This document shows, one piece after another, positions 29,037 through 39,536 of a stretch of DNA of 64,000 nt. Source of the stretch: a bacterium (lineage in GTDB: Bacteria > SAR324 > NAC60-12); assembly GCA_965209155.1 (NCBI GenBank), contig OZ242383.1, forward strand, positions 3,776,001 through 3,840,000, given 5' to 3'. Numbering within the stretch: the first letter of the stretch is position 1; each line of letters opens with the position of its first letter. The notes below the pieces were generated by a model. It was not told the origin of the DNA and did not search any database. It worked only from the letters and a program-made list of their open reading frames with translations. The translations under genes and the position numbers were made by a program.

Positions 29037-29714
29037 CTTGTCACCCTCAATTAAAAGAGGTTTCTATGAGTACCAAAAAGAAATTTGTTGCCTCCCTCAT
29101 GAGGCTGAACCCGGCAGGCTCCCGGTCTGCTGGACAAAAACCTGTCTTCGCAAAAGCGGGGATGCGATCCTTATTGTTCACCCTGACCCTGATGGTGGCC
29201 GCCTTTGGGGTTTTCCCGCTGGAGGGGTTGGCCAAAAAGATGGCCTGGGACCCCTCCATCAATAAGATGGTCGATGCTCCCCAGTATGGGGGGAGCTTGA
29301 CCTTGGCCAAGAAGGATCATAGTTTAATGTATGATACTTGGGTGAGCGGTAGAGCAGCAGGTGAAATCAGTGGTATTGTCGAGAAACTGGGCATCTCGGA
29401 CTGGTCCCAACCGAGGGACTCCTTTGCTTTGGTGAGTGGCTATATGCTGCCGCTCTTCGCCATTCGGGGAGCCCTGGCAGAAGGCTGGGAACAGAGCGAC
29501 CCGCTCACGTACACCTTTTACATCCGCAAGGGTGTGCATTTCCATGATAAGCCCCCGGCCAATGGGAGAGAATTGACGGCCAAGGATATCGAATGGAACT
29601 ATCACCGTTATTGGGGAAGCGGCAGTGGTTTCACCAAACCGAGCCCAGGCGCAGGGCTATTCGGAGAGTTACCGCTGGAGTCGATCACGGCCACTGATGA
29701 ATATACGGTCGTTT

Positions 29715-30270
29715 ATGAACTACCCCGCAGCAGAGCTACGGGGTATCGGAACTCAGCACAACTCCAACTCTAATTGCTGATGATGGAGCTTTTGATACTC
29801 GTTTTCAGAACCTTGATTTTTTACATACTGGCGAATAGCATCTTCGCTTGCAGCATGTCGCCCAACAGTGCTGATGAAGTATCCCTTTGACCAGAATTCG
29901 CCGCCCCATAGCTGCTTTTTGATGGAGGGCACTCTTTTGAAAATTTCTTTAGCTGTAATACTTTTGACTGTCTTTACAATCTTTGTTGGACTATATGAAG
30001 GGACTGATTGGATCAAGAAATGGACATGATCCCGATCTGTTCCTATCTCAATAAATGCAATCTCGTAACGCTGAGCAATTTCCAAGCTAATCTCTTTTAG
30101 AGTCATATCCACCTCATCGGTGAACACTACTCGACGGTATTTAGCCGGACAAACCAAATGGTACAATAATACCGAAACGTTATGACTTTTGTGGATATAT
30201 TCGCTCATGAGAGCGAAAATACACCACACGAAAAAGCGAAGCAAGCTTCGGGGAATTAGACCCGAAGAGA
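29715..30270 (-). mobile_element. IS200/IS605-family insertion sequence (tnpA only), 556 bp
   Basis: Subterminal hairpins TACCCCG..CGGGGTA and CTTCGGG..CCCGAAG; no target duplication; follows TTTAA on the minus strand; ends uncertain by 1-2 nt. Confidence 0.92.
29753..30208 (-). CDS. tnpA: IS200-type Y1 transposase
   Basis: 'YHLVCPAKYRR', HUH 'DHVH', 'FWSKGYF..TVG', 'IRQYV.NQ'. Confidence 0.95.
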   Translation of the reverse strand: MSEYIHKSHNVSVLLYHLVCPAKYRRVVFTDEVDMTLKEISLEIAQRYEIAFIEIGTDRDHVHFLIQSVPSYSPTKIVKTVKSITAKEIFKRVPSIKKQLWGGEFWSKGYFISTVGRHAASEDAIRQYVKNQGSENEYQKLHHQQLELELC

Positions 30271-31647
30271 TTAAACTGACGGAGCCCCGCCTCAATGCCC
30301 CGAACGTGATCATGGACTGGTACAATCTCTTTATTTTCCCCCCCGAGACCATCCAGCAACATGGCGAAGGGGAAGATAAGATCCTGAAAGACTGGATGCA
30401 CCTGGCCGGCACCGGGCCTTTTGAGATGACCGAGCGGCACGAAGGGGTCTCGATGACCTTTACAAAGAATCCGAACTACTGGAGCATGGACGAGAAGTTC
30501 CCGCAGAACCGCTTGCCCTACATGGACGGGTTCAGGGTTCTGCTGATGCCGGAAGAGGCAAGCTATATAGCAGCCCTACGCTCGCGAAAGGTGGATCACC
30601 TCGGCTGGCAGGGCCAATCCTATATCCAAAATGTCGACCAGTTTGAAAGCCTCAAGCGGACCAACCCCGAACTCGTGTTTCATGAGTACGTCGAACGGTC
30701 GAACTATTCTTTCGGGGTCAACACTCAGGTCAAACCCTTTGACGACATCCGGGTGCGTAAGGCCATGCAGATGGCCCTGGACCTGGAGACCATTAAAAAT
30801 ACCTACTATAAGGGGATTGGAGACACCACACCCCGTGGATTGTATGGGCTTGAATTCAAAGGGTATTATGTCCCCTTTGAAGAGTGGCCCGAAGAAGTCA
30901 AGCAAGCCCATAGGTATGACCCGGAAGGCGCGAAAAAGCTGCTGGCCGAGGCGGGTTACCCCGATGGCTTCGAGACCGATCTTGTCATGTTTGCGCGCAG
31001 CGATCCCAGCTGGGCAGAATTGATCGTCGAATATTTTCGTCAGGTTGGCATTGATGCCAGGATTGATGTCAAGGCAGGTGCCGATTTTATCGCTGCGATG
31101 AGGGATAGAAATTTTGGAATCAACGGTACCATAATGGGCGTGAGGGCGGATCCGATGACTCAAGTAGATCGCTTGTACTCGACACAATTGTGGAACGTTT
31201 CCAATGTCCAAAACCCGGAGCTGGACGCCTTGATAGACGCCGCCAAAGCAGCGTCCAATTTTGAGGAGCAGCAGAAGTATCTCAAAGAGGTGGACCAGAT
31301 GGTGGTCAACAATTTCTATATCATCTGGGGACCGTTTCTTCCCTTCTGGCAGGTGCACCAGCCGTGGGTCAAAGGGTTTGGCGGCGAAGCCGGCCTGGGC
31401 GGCATGCAAAATTTCACCATCTTCGCCCGCCTCTGGATCGACCAGGAGTTGAAAAAGGAGATGGGCTTCTAAAATATTTCAAAAATCAACCCTGTTTCTC
31501 CCTCCTGCCCCAAGTGGGTGGGAGGGATTAAACTTTTTCCCGACCTTGGGCTTGATATCCTCCTGCCACTGATGCTCTTTCCTAGAGAAGGCACACCCAA
31601 ATGGAGCTCTGATTGCAAAAGTTGTTCACGTATCATCAGAATCTCAA

Positions 31648-32064
31648 TCAGGAAAGTCGGTAAAGCATCAAGTAGACTACGATACCGGAAACGGAAACAT
31701 AGAGCCAGATTGGATAAGTCCACTTTACCAAAGCACGATGGGCTTGGCGTTGATTTTTCAATGCTTTGTAAATCGAGAGAAGGATTAAAGGAAGTTGGAC
31801 AGCAGCCAGGAGGATGTGAGGAACCAGGATCATGAAGTAAAACACGCGCAGCAAACCGGTTCCCTGATAAGGAACAGATCCGACCTGGGAATGATAAATC
31901 AGATAACTGAGCAAAAACAAGGTAGAGACCGCGAAAGCTGCGCACATGAGATACTTATGCCGCCTTTCCTTGCCTGACCTGATAGCTCCGAATCCAAGCA
32001 GGAGCAGGACGATCGTGGTTCCATTGAAAAATACGTTGAGAGTGGGTAAGTCAGTGAGGTTCAT
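31648..32064 (-). CDS. DUF420-family membrane protein
   Basis: 'H...M..AF..S..FL..Y..YH', 'PIWLYVSVSG..VY.MLY'; typical of cox clusters. Confidence 0.85.
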   Translation of the reverse strand: MNLTDLPTLNVFFNGTTIVLLLLGFGAIRSGKERRHKYLMCAAFAVSTLFLLSYLIYHSQVGSVPYQGTGLLRVFYFMILVPHILLAAVQLPLILLSIYKALKNQRQAHRALVKWTYPIWLYVSVSGIVVYLMLYRLS

Positions 32065-32971
32065 GGATTGACAGGGAAAAAGAAAAACTCAACAATCCGA
32101 AAATGGTGGCTGCAAGGGCAGTATGAAAGAGGGATATGGGGACGGGTACCAGATAAATCGCGTTGGCAATACCCGCCAACAACTCGGCAGTGAGTAAGAT
32201 CCAAATTGCGCATGCAATCACACGATACGTTCGTTTGGGATGGCGGAATAGAACGAGCCAAGCGAAAAATGCCAACCCTGCCGTACCCAGGAAAGCAATC
32301 AATCGATGCGACATGTGGATCCATTCGTTTTGAAATCGGGGGAAAAATGCCCCTTTTTCTTCCTGCTCTTTACCAACATAAAATGAGAACTCGCTGCCGG
32401 CATGACATCCGGGAAAAGCGGGACATGCATACCCCGAATAAGTACTACTGTTGATTCCACCGGAAACGAGAATGATGGAAAAGAGCAGTAACATCCCTCC
32501 TTGAATTTTACTAAAGCGTGAAAGTGGAAACAAACGCGCTTTAAACCGTGGTGCTTGACAATCGCGATGCGCGAAATAACTGAGATGGATGAGCAACCCA
32601 AACAAAATATTCCCACCCAGCAAATGAAGAACCACCGTAATCGGTTCTAACTTCATAATCACGGTCAACCCTCCCAAGATTCCCTGAATACTTACCAAGA
32701 CGAAGCAAAGAAAGGAAAGCGTACGGAATTTTTTGTACTTTTCCTGGAAAGTCATGATCAAAAGGAGCAAAATGAAAAGTCCCAGACAGATTGCCACCAG
32801 GCGGTGTCCCACTTCCAGCATGATCTCGAATTCATAAGGTGGAATGATTTTTCCGTAGCACAAGGGCCAATCCGGACATGCGAGTCCGGCCCCTTTCAGA
32901 CGAACGAGAGCACCAAATGAAATCAGGGGCCACGTTAATAGAGTCGAGAACCAGGCGATCTGTTTGAACAT
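32051..32971 (-). CDS. ctaA: Heme A synthase (COX15/CtaA)
   Basis: 'GAGLACPDWPLC.G', 'E.GHR', 'QG.LGG.TV', 'H.SHR'. Confidence 0.9.
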   Translation of the reverse strand: MFKQIAWFSTLLTWPLISFGALVRLKGAGLACPDWPLCYGKIIPPYEFEIMLEVGHRLVAICLGLFILLLLIMTFQEKYKKFRTLSFLCFVLVSIQGILGGLTVIMKLEPITVVLHLLGGNILFGLLIHLSYFAHRDCQAPRFKARLFPLSRFSKIQGGMLLLFSIILVSGGINSSTYSGYACPAFPGCHAGSEFSFYVGKEQEEKGAFFPRFQNEWIHMSHRLIAFLGTAGLAFFAWLVLFRHPKRTYRVIACAIWILLTAELLAGIANAIYLVPVPISLFHTALAATIFGLLSFSFSLSIHEPH

Positions 32972-33039
32972 GAAAGATTGGCGCGTGAATTTTTTGGGAA
33001 AGCATCCGGCAGAGATATGCAGTCACTTAAAAGTTGAAA

Positions 33040-33306
33040 TCAATCCATCGAAACAGGTTGTTGTTTGGAATAGACAGGATTCTCTGCTTCCGGGTGGTCT
33101 TTGCGATAATCACTGCTGCGATATCGACGGTAGATCCAAATCGAGAAAGCGCCTACCATTGCCAGGGGGAGCAGGCTCAACACGACTGCGGTTGACAGAT
33201 AAGCCGCAATAGTTCCTTCTTTGCCAACAAAACACACGGGGCAAGCGTAAAGGGGCGATAGAAATGAGGTGAATAAGAAGAGGAGAATAACAAGAATCGC
33301 TTTCAT
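33040..33306 (-). CDS. Small membrane protein with a CPVC motif
   Basis: Signal-like N-terminus, 'ACPVCF', one further TM helix; lies in the cox cluster. Confidence 0.65.
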   Translation of the reverse strand: MKAILVILLFLFTSFLSPLYACPVCFVGKEGTIAAYLSTAVVLSLLPLAMVGAFSIWIYRRYRSSDYRKDHPEAENPVYSKQQPVSMD

Positions 33307-33348
33307 TTTTATGAACGGATTATTAATTTGGAATTCAATCTTTTTGCT

Positions 33349-33957
33349 TCATACCAGATAAACGGTGACATACAAAAGCGGCCATACGCCAACCACGAAA
33401 TACCAGAAAATCTGGGGAACGACAAATTCCGTCCGGGTGAGAGATGGCGAGTTTATGGGAGTAAATTTGATATAAGCGCGCAAAAGGATCAACAAGGCGA
33501 TGATGGCGTGGAAGGCATGGGTGCCGATGATGAGATAAAACAATCCCCCATATGTACTGGAAGTGATCGTCAGACCGAAGGAAATCAATCGTATCCATTC
33601 GTATCCTTGAAATAAAACAAAAAAAGTCCCCAGCAATATCGAGATTGCAAGCAACCTTTTCGCTTTGCGCAGCGAGGGATCTGTTTGCGAGAAAGCTTTA
33701 TAAGCGTGAAAGAGCACCCATCCGCTGAGCAGCAGAATGACGGAATTGAAAGCCGTTGCCGCGACCGGAAGCCGGGGTTGCCCCCAGGGAGGCCATTCCG
33801 GCGTACCTGCCCGTAATACCAGGTAAGCGCTGATCAATGCGGCAAAAAACATCACTTCCGTGATTACGAAAATCAACATGCCCAGAATCCCGTTGGCGAT
33901 GGGATGTTTATTACGATTATCCCGTTGAGTGGGATCGAAATTGGCGGAAACCAGCAT
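33349..33957 (-). CDS. Cytochrome c oxidase subunit III family protein
   Basis: 'LGM.IF..TE.MFF', 'Q.YEW', 'FY..IG.H..H', 'FWYFV..VW'. Confidence 0.9.
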   Translation of the reverse strand: MLVSANFDPTQRDNRNKHPIANGILGMLIFVITEVMFFAALISAYLVLRAGTPEWPPWGQPRLPVAATAFNSVILLLSGWVLFHAYKAFSQTDPSLRKAKRLLAISILLGTFFVLFQGYEWIRLISFGLTITSSTYGGLFYLIIGTHAFHAIIALLILLRAYIKFTPINSPSLTRTEFVVPQIFWYFVVGVWPLLYVTVYLV

Positions 33958-33962
33958 TGGTT

Positions 33963-34340
33963 TTACCTCGGAATTCCGTAGTTGGTCGAATCTTTGGCCG
34001 CATCTCCCGTCATGATGCAGCTTTGGTCAAAAACACAATCTTTCCATAGGGTGCCATCGCCATTCATCACATCGGGAGCAACTCCAAAATAAAAAATTCC
34101 TATAAAGGCCAATGAAATAATCAGCAGGTACCAGATGTAGCGTTTTTCAATATTCAAATGCATGAAATATGCTGCCACCATCAGCGCCTTCACCACCGCG
34201 ATTCCGAAGGCGGTGATTAGCGTTATCGCCTGGATTTCCAAAGTAGGACCCGCAACGCTGATTACCAATAAAATCAAGAGGATCCCCCAAATTTTTACGT
34301 ATCGTTTGTCGTCATGTCCGTGAGCGGTATCGTGTGCCAT
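33963..34340 (-). CDS. Cytochrome c oxidase subunit IV family protein
   Basis: 'A.VKA.MV..YFMHL..E'. Confidence 0.85.
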   Translation of the reverse strand: MAHDTAHGHDDKRYVKIWGILLILLVISVAGPTLEIQAITLITAFGIAVVKALMVAAYFMHLNIEKRYIWYLLIISLAFIGIFYFGVAPDVMNGDGTLWKDCVFDQSCIMTGDAAKDSTNYGIPR

Positions 34341-34361
34341 GTTTTGTTCCTGAATAGTGTT

Positions 34362-34940
34362 TTATTTGGCGATGTAAAGAAGTGGAAACAGAAAAATCCA
34401 CACAATGTCCACGAAGTGCCAGTAAATACCGATCAACTCCACCCGGTTCAAATGCAAGGATTTCTTCACGTCGAAGGAAATGATTGCCATGATGACCATT
34501 CCCGCAATCACGTGACAGGCATGGAGTCCGGTGGCAGTATAGTAGAAACCCCAAAACGGGTTGGACGTGAGCACGTAACCGTGCATAATTTCAGTCGTAT
34601 ACTCGTAGGCTTTGACGAGCATGAAAATTCCACCACATGCAATGGTCAGCCAGATGAAGTTGAATGCGCGATCAACGTCCTTACGCTCCGCGGCGGAATG
34701 GGCTAAAACGATAAAGAGACTGGAAGTGAGTAGTACGAAAGTGTTGAAGGCTCCTGCCGGCGTACTGGTGTGGGCCGCATAGTCTCCCCAGACATCGTGT
34801 TTCAGACGAAATAGCAAGTAACATGCAATCAATCCTCCGAAGATGAAAACTTCGGAAGCTAAAACCCACCAGACGGCCAATCGTCCGGTTGGAATACCTG
34901 TGACACTCCTTCCTGTCGCAACGGGTGCGTGAAACGCCAT
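34362..34940 (-). CDS. Cytochrome c oxidase subunit III family protein
   Basis: 'W.LASE..IFGGL', 'TGLH..HV', 'YWHFVD.VWIFLFP'. Confidence 0.9.
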   Translation of the reverse strand: MAFHAPVATGRSVTGIPTGRLAVWWVLASEVFIFGGLIACYLLFRLKHDVWGDYAAHTSTPAGAFNTFVLLTSSLFIVLAHSAAERKDVDRAFNFIWLTIACGGIFMLVKAYEYTTEIMHGYVLTSNPFWGFYYTATGLHACHVIAGMVIMAIISFDVKKSLHLNRVELIGIYWHFVDIVWIFLFPLLYIAK

Positions 34941-34975
34941 AAAAAAAATCTCCTTTCAATGAATCATTATCTGAT

Positions 34976-35189
34976 TGAGGGGTAGTGGAGTTTTTTTTCC
35001 TTTGTCATTCCACCCCCCAAGCCGGAATCCATTACTTCAATCCTCGATTTCTGGATCCCGGTCCCGGACTTGATCCGGCATCCATAATAACGCCCGTATC
35101 CCCCTGGATTCCTGGTCAAGCCAGGAATGACACGTTTTTTAACTCCTGATTCGCATATATTATTTGAATAGAAACTCCGTTACTGCTCA
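34976..35189. mobile_element. MITE-like element with REP-like palindromes inside the cox operon
   Basis: Imperfect terminal inverted repeats (34976-34993 / 35172-35189, 14/18); inner GTCATTCC...GGAATCCA and CTGGATTCC...GGAATGAC. Confidence 0.55.
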
Positions 35190-35201
35190 TTTAATCAGCA
35201 A

Positions 35202-36914
35202 TCAATTGGGAACATTCTGAGGCCAGTAATCGTCCTCGCGTCCTTCCACGCTGTATTCATACGGGCCGCGATAAACACGGATTTTATCCAACTCCGGAAA
35301 ATTACCATGAGGTGCGGGAGAGTCCGCAACCCACTCCAAACTGTTGGCCTTCCAGGGATTTTTCGGTGCTTTTTTTCCTTTGAAGAGACTGTAGATGAAA
35401 TTATAAATAAACACGAATTGGAACAGCAGCATGATAACCAGGCTGACGGTGGCGAAAACTCGCGTATCCTGCAAGCCTTCCGTGGCCAAATCCGGGAAGT
35501 TGTTGTAATTATAAATTCGACGATGCTGGCCAGCCATTCCCAGGAAAAAGAGGGGAATGAAGATGCAATTGAAGGGAATAATGGTGCCCCAGAAGTGGAT
35601 TCTGCCCAACGTGTCGTTCATCATGCGACCAAACATCTTGGGGAACCAGTAAGTGACGGCGCAGTACACGCCAATGATGGCAATCGGGAAGAATGTATAG
35701 TGGAAGTGGGCCAGTACGAAGTAAGTGTCATGGAGATAGACGTCCAAAGCGCTTGCTCCCAAATAAATACCGGTCACTCCTCCCAGTAAAAATTCCACAA
35801 CGAAAGCGATGGCCCAAAGCATAGGCGTGTTCAGTTCTATGGAACCTCCGTATAGCGTGGCGACGTAGCAAAACATGATTTCCGCGATCGGAATCGAAAT
35901 CAACAGTGTCGTCACCGCAAAAATATTGCCCATCCTCGGATCAATCCCCGCAATGAACTGGTGGTGCGCCCAGACGGTAAAAGAGAGCACTCCCGTGGCG
36001 AACGTCGTATAAAGAATCGTCTTATAACCGAATAATTTTTTCCTGGAAAAGGTGGTGAGCACTTCGGCGACGACCCCCATTGCCGGCAACAGCACCACGT
36101 ACACTTCCGGGTGTCCGAAAAACCAGAAAAGGTGCTGCCATAAAACGGGATCACCACCGCCAGCAGGAAGAAAGAAACTGGTTCCGACGCGTTGGTCCAT
36201 GAAAAGCATCACGGCTCCGGCAATCAAAGGTCCCACCGATGCCATGAATAAAATGACGGCCACGTCGATCATCCAGATGACCATCGGCATGTCCATCATT
36301 TTCATGCCTGCCGCCCGGGAATTCATGGTGGTGGTGAGAAAATTGATCCCTCCCAGGAGAAACGCCGCGAATTCGAGAGCAACCGCCAAAAGCCACAAAG
36401 ACGCCCCCCAATCGGTGTGGTTGTAAGTACCACTGGCGGAAAGTGGTGGGTAAGCGGTCCATGCTCCGCCAAAACCGCCGCCAGGAACGAAAAAGGAAAT
36501 GATGAGTACGATGGTGCTCAGTAGAAAAATCTGGTATGAAAGCCGATTTAAACGGGGGAACACCATGTCGTCGCAGCCCAGCATCAGCGGAATGAGAAAA
36601 TTCCCCAGTGTTGCAATCAGTACCGGCATGGCCACCCAAAAAATCATGATGGTGCCATGGTTGGTGATCAACATGTTGTACTGCCCCGAAGTCATGTGTC
36701 CGAATAAAGGAATGGATTCCCCGGGAAATGCGAGCTGCATACGAAAGGCATAGGCGAAGAAACCACCGACCAAGGCCATGAACATCCCGGTAAACATGTA
36801 CTGAAAACCAATGATTTTATGGTCGGTGGAAAATATATATTTACTCCAAAAATCCATCTCCTCATGGGCGTCGTGTTCGACCACATGACTTGCATCGATT
36901 CCGGTGTCGCTCAT
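35202..36914 (-). CDS. coxA: Cytochrome c oxidase subunit I, A1 type
   Basis: 'STDHK', 'FWFFGHPEVY', 'WAHH', 'HDTYFV.AHFHY'. Confidence 0.97.
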   Translation of the reverse strand: MSDTGIDASHVVEHDAHEEMDFWSKYIFSTDHKIIGFQYMFTGMFMALVGGFFAYAFRMQLAFPGESIPLFGHMTSGQYNMLITNHGTIMIFWVAMPVLIATLGNFLIPLMLGCDDMVFPRLNRLSYQIFLLSTIVLIISFFVPGGGFGGAWTAYPPLSASGTYNHTDWGASLWLLAVALEFAAFLLGGINFLTTTMNSRAAGMKMMDMPMVIWMIDVAVILFMASVGPLIAGAVMLFMDQRVGTSFFLPAGGGDPVLWQHLFWFFGHPEVYVVLLPAMGVVAEVLTTFSRKKLFGYKTILYTTFATGVLSFTVWAHHQFIAGIDPRMGNIFAVTTLLISIPIAEIMFCYVATLYGGSIELNTPMLWAIAFVVEFLLGGVTGIYLGASALDVYLHDTYFVLAHFHYTFFPIAIIGVYCAVTYWFPKMFGRMMNDTLGRIHFWGTIIPFNCIFIPLFFLGMAGQHRRIYNYNNFPDLATEGLQDTRVFATVSLVIMLLFQFVFIYNFIYSLFKGKKAPKNPWKANSLEWVADSPAPHGNFPELDKIRVYRGPYEYSVEGREDDYWPQNVPN

Positions 36915-36986
36915 CGTTTCTCTCCTTCTGAATTTCAATAATAAATCGAGTTTGACCCCTTTGTTTCGTTCAAAAACTGGTATTGA

Positions 36987-37733
36987 CTATTCAAATCCTC
37001 GTTTCAATTGTCGGGTGAATGGTTTTTCCTCTGAATTCGCAACGGCCACCGCCTCTTCCAACTCGGGAGAGGCGTGGCTGGCCAACCATTCGTTGTAAGA
37101 CTCTTCGGATTCGATGGTTACGCGCGCAGCCATCAACCCGTGACCGATACCACACATTTCCGCGCATTGCACGTCGTATTGCCCGGTGAGGATCGGTTCA
37201 AACCATCCGGTGATCGTCCTGCCGGGAATGGCGTCTTGTTTCAAACGAAGGATGGGGATGGAAAAATCATGCAGGACGTCTCTCGACTGTAACTCGTAGT
37301 GATAGAGCGTATTGACTTTCAAATGCAAGTCGTTGACCGTGGCCACGTCATCCTCCGTATCCAATTTGCCATCGGGGCCGGAATGCACGAAGATCCAGGT
37401 CCATTGCTGAGCCACGACACGGATCTTGTCTTCGGGAGGAGGCAGGTCCATTTTCACGTCGAGCCAGATTCTGACCGTAATGACGATGATGATTACGTCA
37501 CAAACGATCACCAGGTAATGAGGCCAGTGCAACCATTTTGTTTCATGGTGCTCTTCCCCCGAAATGTATTGGGCTTTCACTCCCGGTTTTTTGCGGAAAC
37601 GAAAAATAAAATAAAAAATGATGGCCTGCACCAGGATAAACCAAAATCCGACGACGTAGGTGATCAAATCAAACAGAAAATCGATGTCGCTGCCAAATGT
37701 GGAACCATTGGGTATAAATAACTCTATTAACAT
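36987..37733 (-). CDS. coxB: Cytochrome c oxidase subunit II (CuA)
   Basis: 'DVLH.F', 'CAEMCGIGHGLM'. Confidence 0.95.
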   Translation of the reverse strand: MLIELFIPNGSTFGSDIDFLFDLITYVVGFWFILVQAIIFYFIFRFRKKPGVKAQYISGEEHHETKWLHWPHYLVIVCDVIIIVITVRIWLDVKMDLPPPEDKIRVVAQQWTWIFVHSGPDGKLDTEDDVATVNDLHLKVNTLYHYELQSRDVLHDFSIPILRLKQDAIPGRTITGWFEPILTGQYDVQCAEMCGIGHGLMAARVTIESEESYNEWLASHASPELEEAVAVANSEEKPFTRQLKRGFE

Positions 37734-37799
37734 CCTTATTACTCGCTAGTTAACGCATCCGTCATTATCTCTAACGGAATTTAAGAGGCGTAATTCTCC

Positions 37800-37910
37800 T
37801 TAAAGGATAAAGACAAAAAAGATTACGGAAATCATGAAAAGAACTGCAGCGGCCAGTGTGATTTTGAAGATTTTTTTTGCCAGAACATCTGATTCGTTTT
37901 CCATTTTCAT
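37800..37910 (-). CDS. 36-aa single-pass membrane peptide between ctaB and coxB
   Basis: MKMENESDVLAKKIFKITLAAAVLFMISVIFFVFIL; co-oriented with the operon. Confidence 0.55.
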   Translation of the reverse strand: MKMENESDVLAKKIFKITLAAAVLFMISVIFFVFIL

Positions 37911-37940
37911 CCAAATAAATTCTTTACTCGATTCTGATTG

Positions 37941-38852
37941 TCACAAACTTCCCAACCCCACCATCCTGTCCAACACCATCGCCAACCAGAGGAGAGGGAA
38001 GTAGATAATAGACGCAAAGAAAACGACGCGCGCATTGACGGTCGTTCTTTGTTTGAAAAAACGCAAAGTCGTTGCCAGGAACATCATTCCCAGCATGAAC
38101 GCGCTTATCATATACAATATTCCCGTCTGGGAGATGAACAGTAAACTGAGGCTGGCAACGAGAAGCAACGACGTATTTAAAATCATCTGAAATCCCGTTT
38201 TCAGCCCGCTTGGATCATCCAGGGAAAGCATACGGAAGCCCCCTCTTTTATAATCTTCACGATACATCCAGGAAACTGCGAAGAAATGCGGAAGCTGCCA
38301 TAAATAAAGTATCGCAAAAAGAGAGAGCGCTTGCCAATCCAATGTCCCCCGTGCGGCGGTCCATCCCATCAAAGGAGGAAGCGCGCCGGGAACGGCACCG
38401 ACCCAGGTATTGAATACGGTGCGACGTTTGAGTGGCGTGTACAGAAAAAGATAGGAGGCCCAACTGGCGATCCCCAGCAAAGTCGTCAGCAAATTGACGG
38501 TGACGGTCAAATAGACCATTCCCACTACGGAAATGATGAGGCCGAATATCAAAGCTTCGTAATGCTGGAGACCTCCGGAGGGCAGGGGACGATGCCGGGT
38601 TCGCTTCATCTGGGCATCGTATCCGCGCTCGAACCATTGGTTGAGCGCATTGGCGCCTGAACCGACGCAAGCAACGCCTAGCAGGACATTGAGAAACAAG
38701 AGCATTCCACTTCCGGAAGCAAGATAAAATCCAATTCCTACCGTGATGAGCACCAGCAGCATCAATCGGAATTTGGTCAATGCGAGATAGTCAACGAATT
38801 TGCTCCGTCCGAGGATACCAATCGTTCCCCATCCAATGGCTTTTGCTTTCAT
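37941..38852 (-). CDS. ctaB: Protoheme IX farnesyltransferase (heme O synthase)
   Basis: 'N...E...D..M.RT..RPLPSG', 'YTPLKR', 'WQLPHF'. Confidence 0.95.
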   Translation of the reverse strand: MKAKAIGWGTIGILGRSKFVDYLALTKFRLMLLVLITVGIGFYLASGSGMLLFLNVLLGVACVGSGANALNQWFERGYDAQMKRTRHRPLPSGGLQHYEALIFGLIISVVGMVYLTVTVNLLTTLLGIASWASYLFLYTPLKRRTVFNTWVGAVPGALPPLMGWTAARGTLDWQALSLFAILYLWQLPHFFAVSWMYREDYKRGGFRMLSLDDPSGLKTGFQMILNTSLLLVASLSLLFISQTGILYMISAFMLGMMFLATTLRFFKQRTTVNARVVFFASIIYFPLLWLAMVLDRMVGLGSL

Positions 38853-39131
38853 TTCTCGATAACGCTTTTCAATTCCAGTTCACTGTCGATTGCAAAGTCA
38901 ACAGTGGCAGATTATTGAACGAATAAATTGGATGCACAAGCTTTTTTATAAAAAAAAAGAGAATTTTTAAAACATTGAAAGCGTCCAATTTGAACGGCTT
39001 TGTATATATCCTGAATGAACGCGCTGCTTGCGCAGGAAAGTAAGCGATCCGATCACCCAGCTGCCTTTTCCGAATCGTCAAAATTCGTATAAAAATGGCA
39101 GGACAGCGATTCCTTCGCCAATCCTGAGGAA

Positions 39132-39260
39132 TTCCTGCACTGGGGAGATTGCTTTTCCGGGAATGTGGCAATATTGGCAGAACAAACGCCCTCAGGGAGG
39201 TTTCGGCGCCATCATCGGTAATCCGCCGTGGGACCGCATCAAGTTGCAGGAGGTGGAGTG
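39132..39260 (+). pseudogene. Fragment of an N6-adenine methyltransferase (type IIG/Eco57I-like)
   Basis: FLHW(frameshift)EIAFPG.W......GGFGAIIGNPPWDRIKLQEVEW, i.e. motif IV NPPW in its usual context. Confidence 0.7.
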
Positions 39261-39536
39261 GAATCACGCTTCAAAGTTTATATTCATCAACCTATACGCG
39301 CAATCAGTTTTCTGATAGAGTCTTATTCAACTGAGGAACTCCTCCGTGAAAAGGCTGTTATACTTTTTTTCATAGGATGAGAAACCATCGAAAGCGGAGT
39401 CGAAGGACTTGTAAAAAATTGCCCTAGAAGCGCTCTTGTTGGCGGTTCAGCTATCTCCGCTAAAATACGAAGTCTGTATTATTTTCAATTTATTGGAATT
39501 TGCATTATTTTTTAACATTGATTCAGGAGATGAGAC

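Larger units (their letters stand above)
29066..31472 (+). pseudogene. Family 5 substrate-binding protein SBP4, interrupted by an IS200-like element
   Basis: Removing 29715-30270 restores the frame (...YTVVFKLTEP...), matching paralog 'WTVVFKL'. Confidence 0.9.

Noticed and set aside
30209..30412. N-terminal extension of the IS200 transposase ORF
   Set aside because: It crosses the element's end into the antisense strand of SBP4; family homology starts at Met 30208
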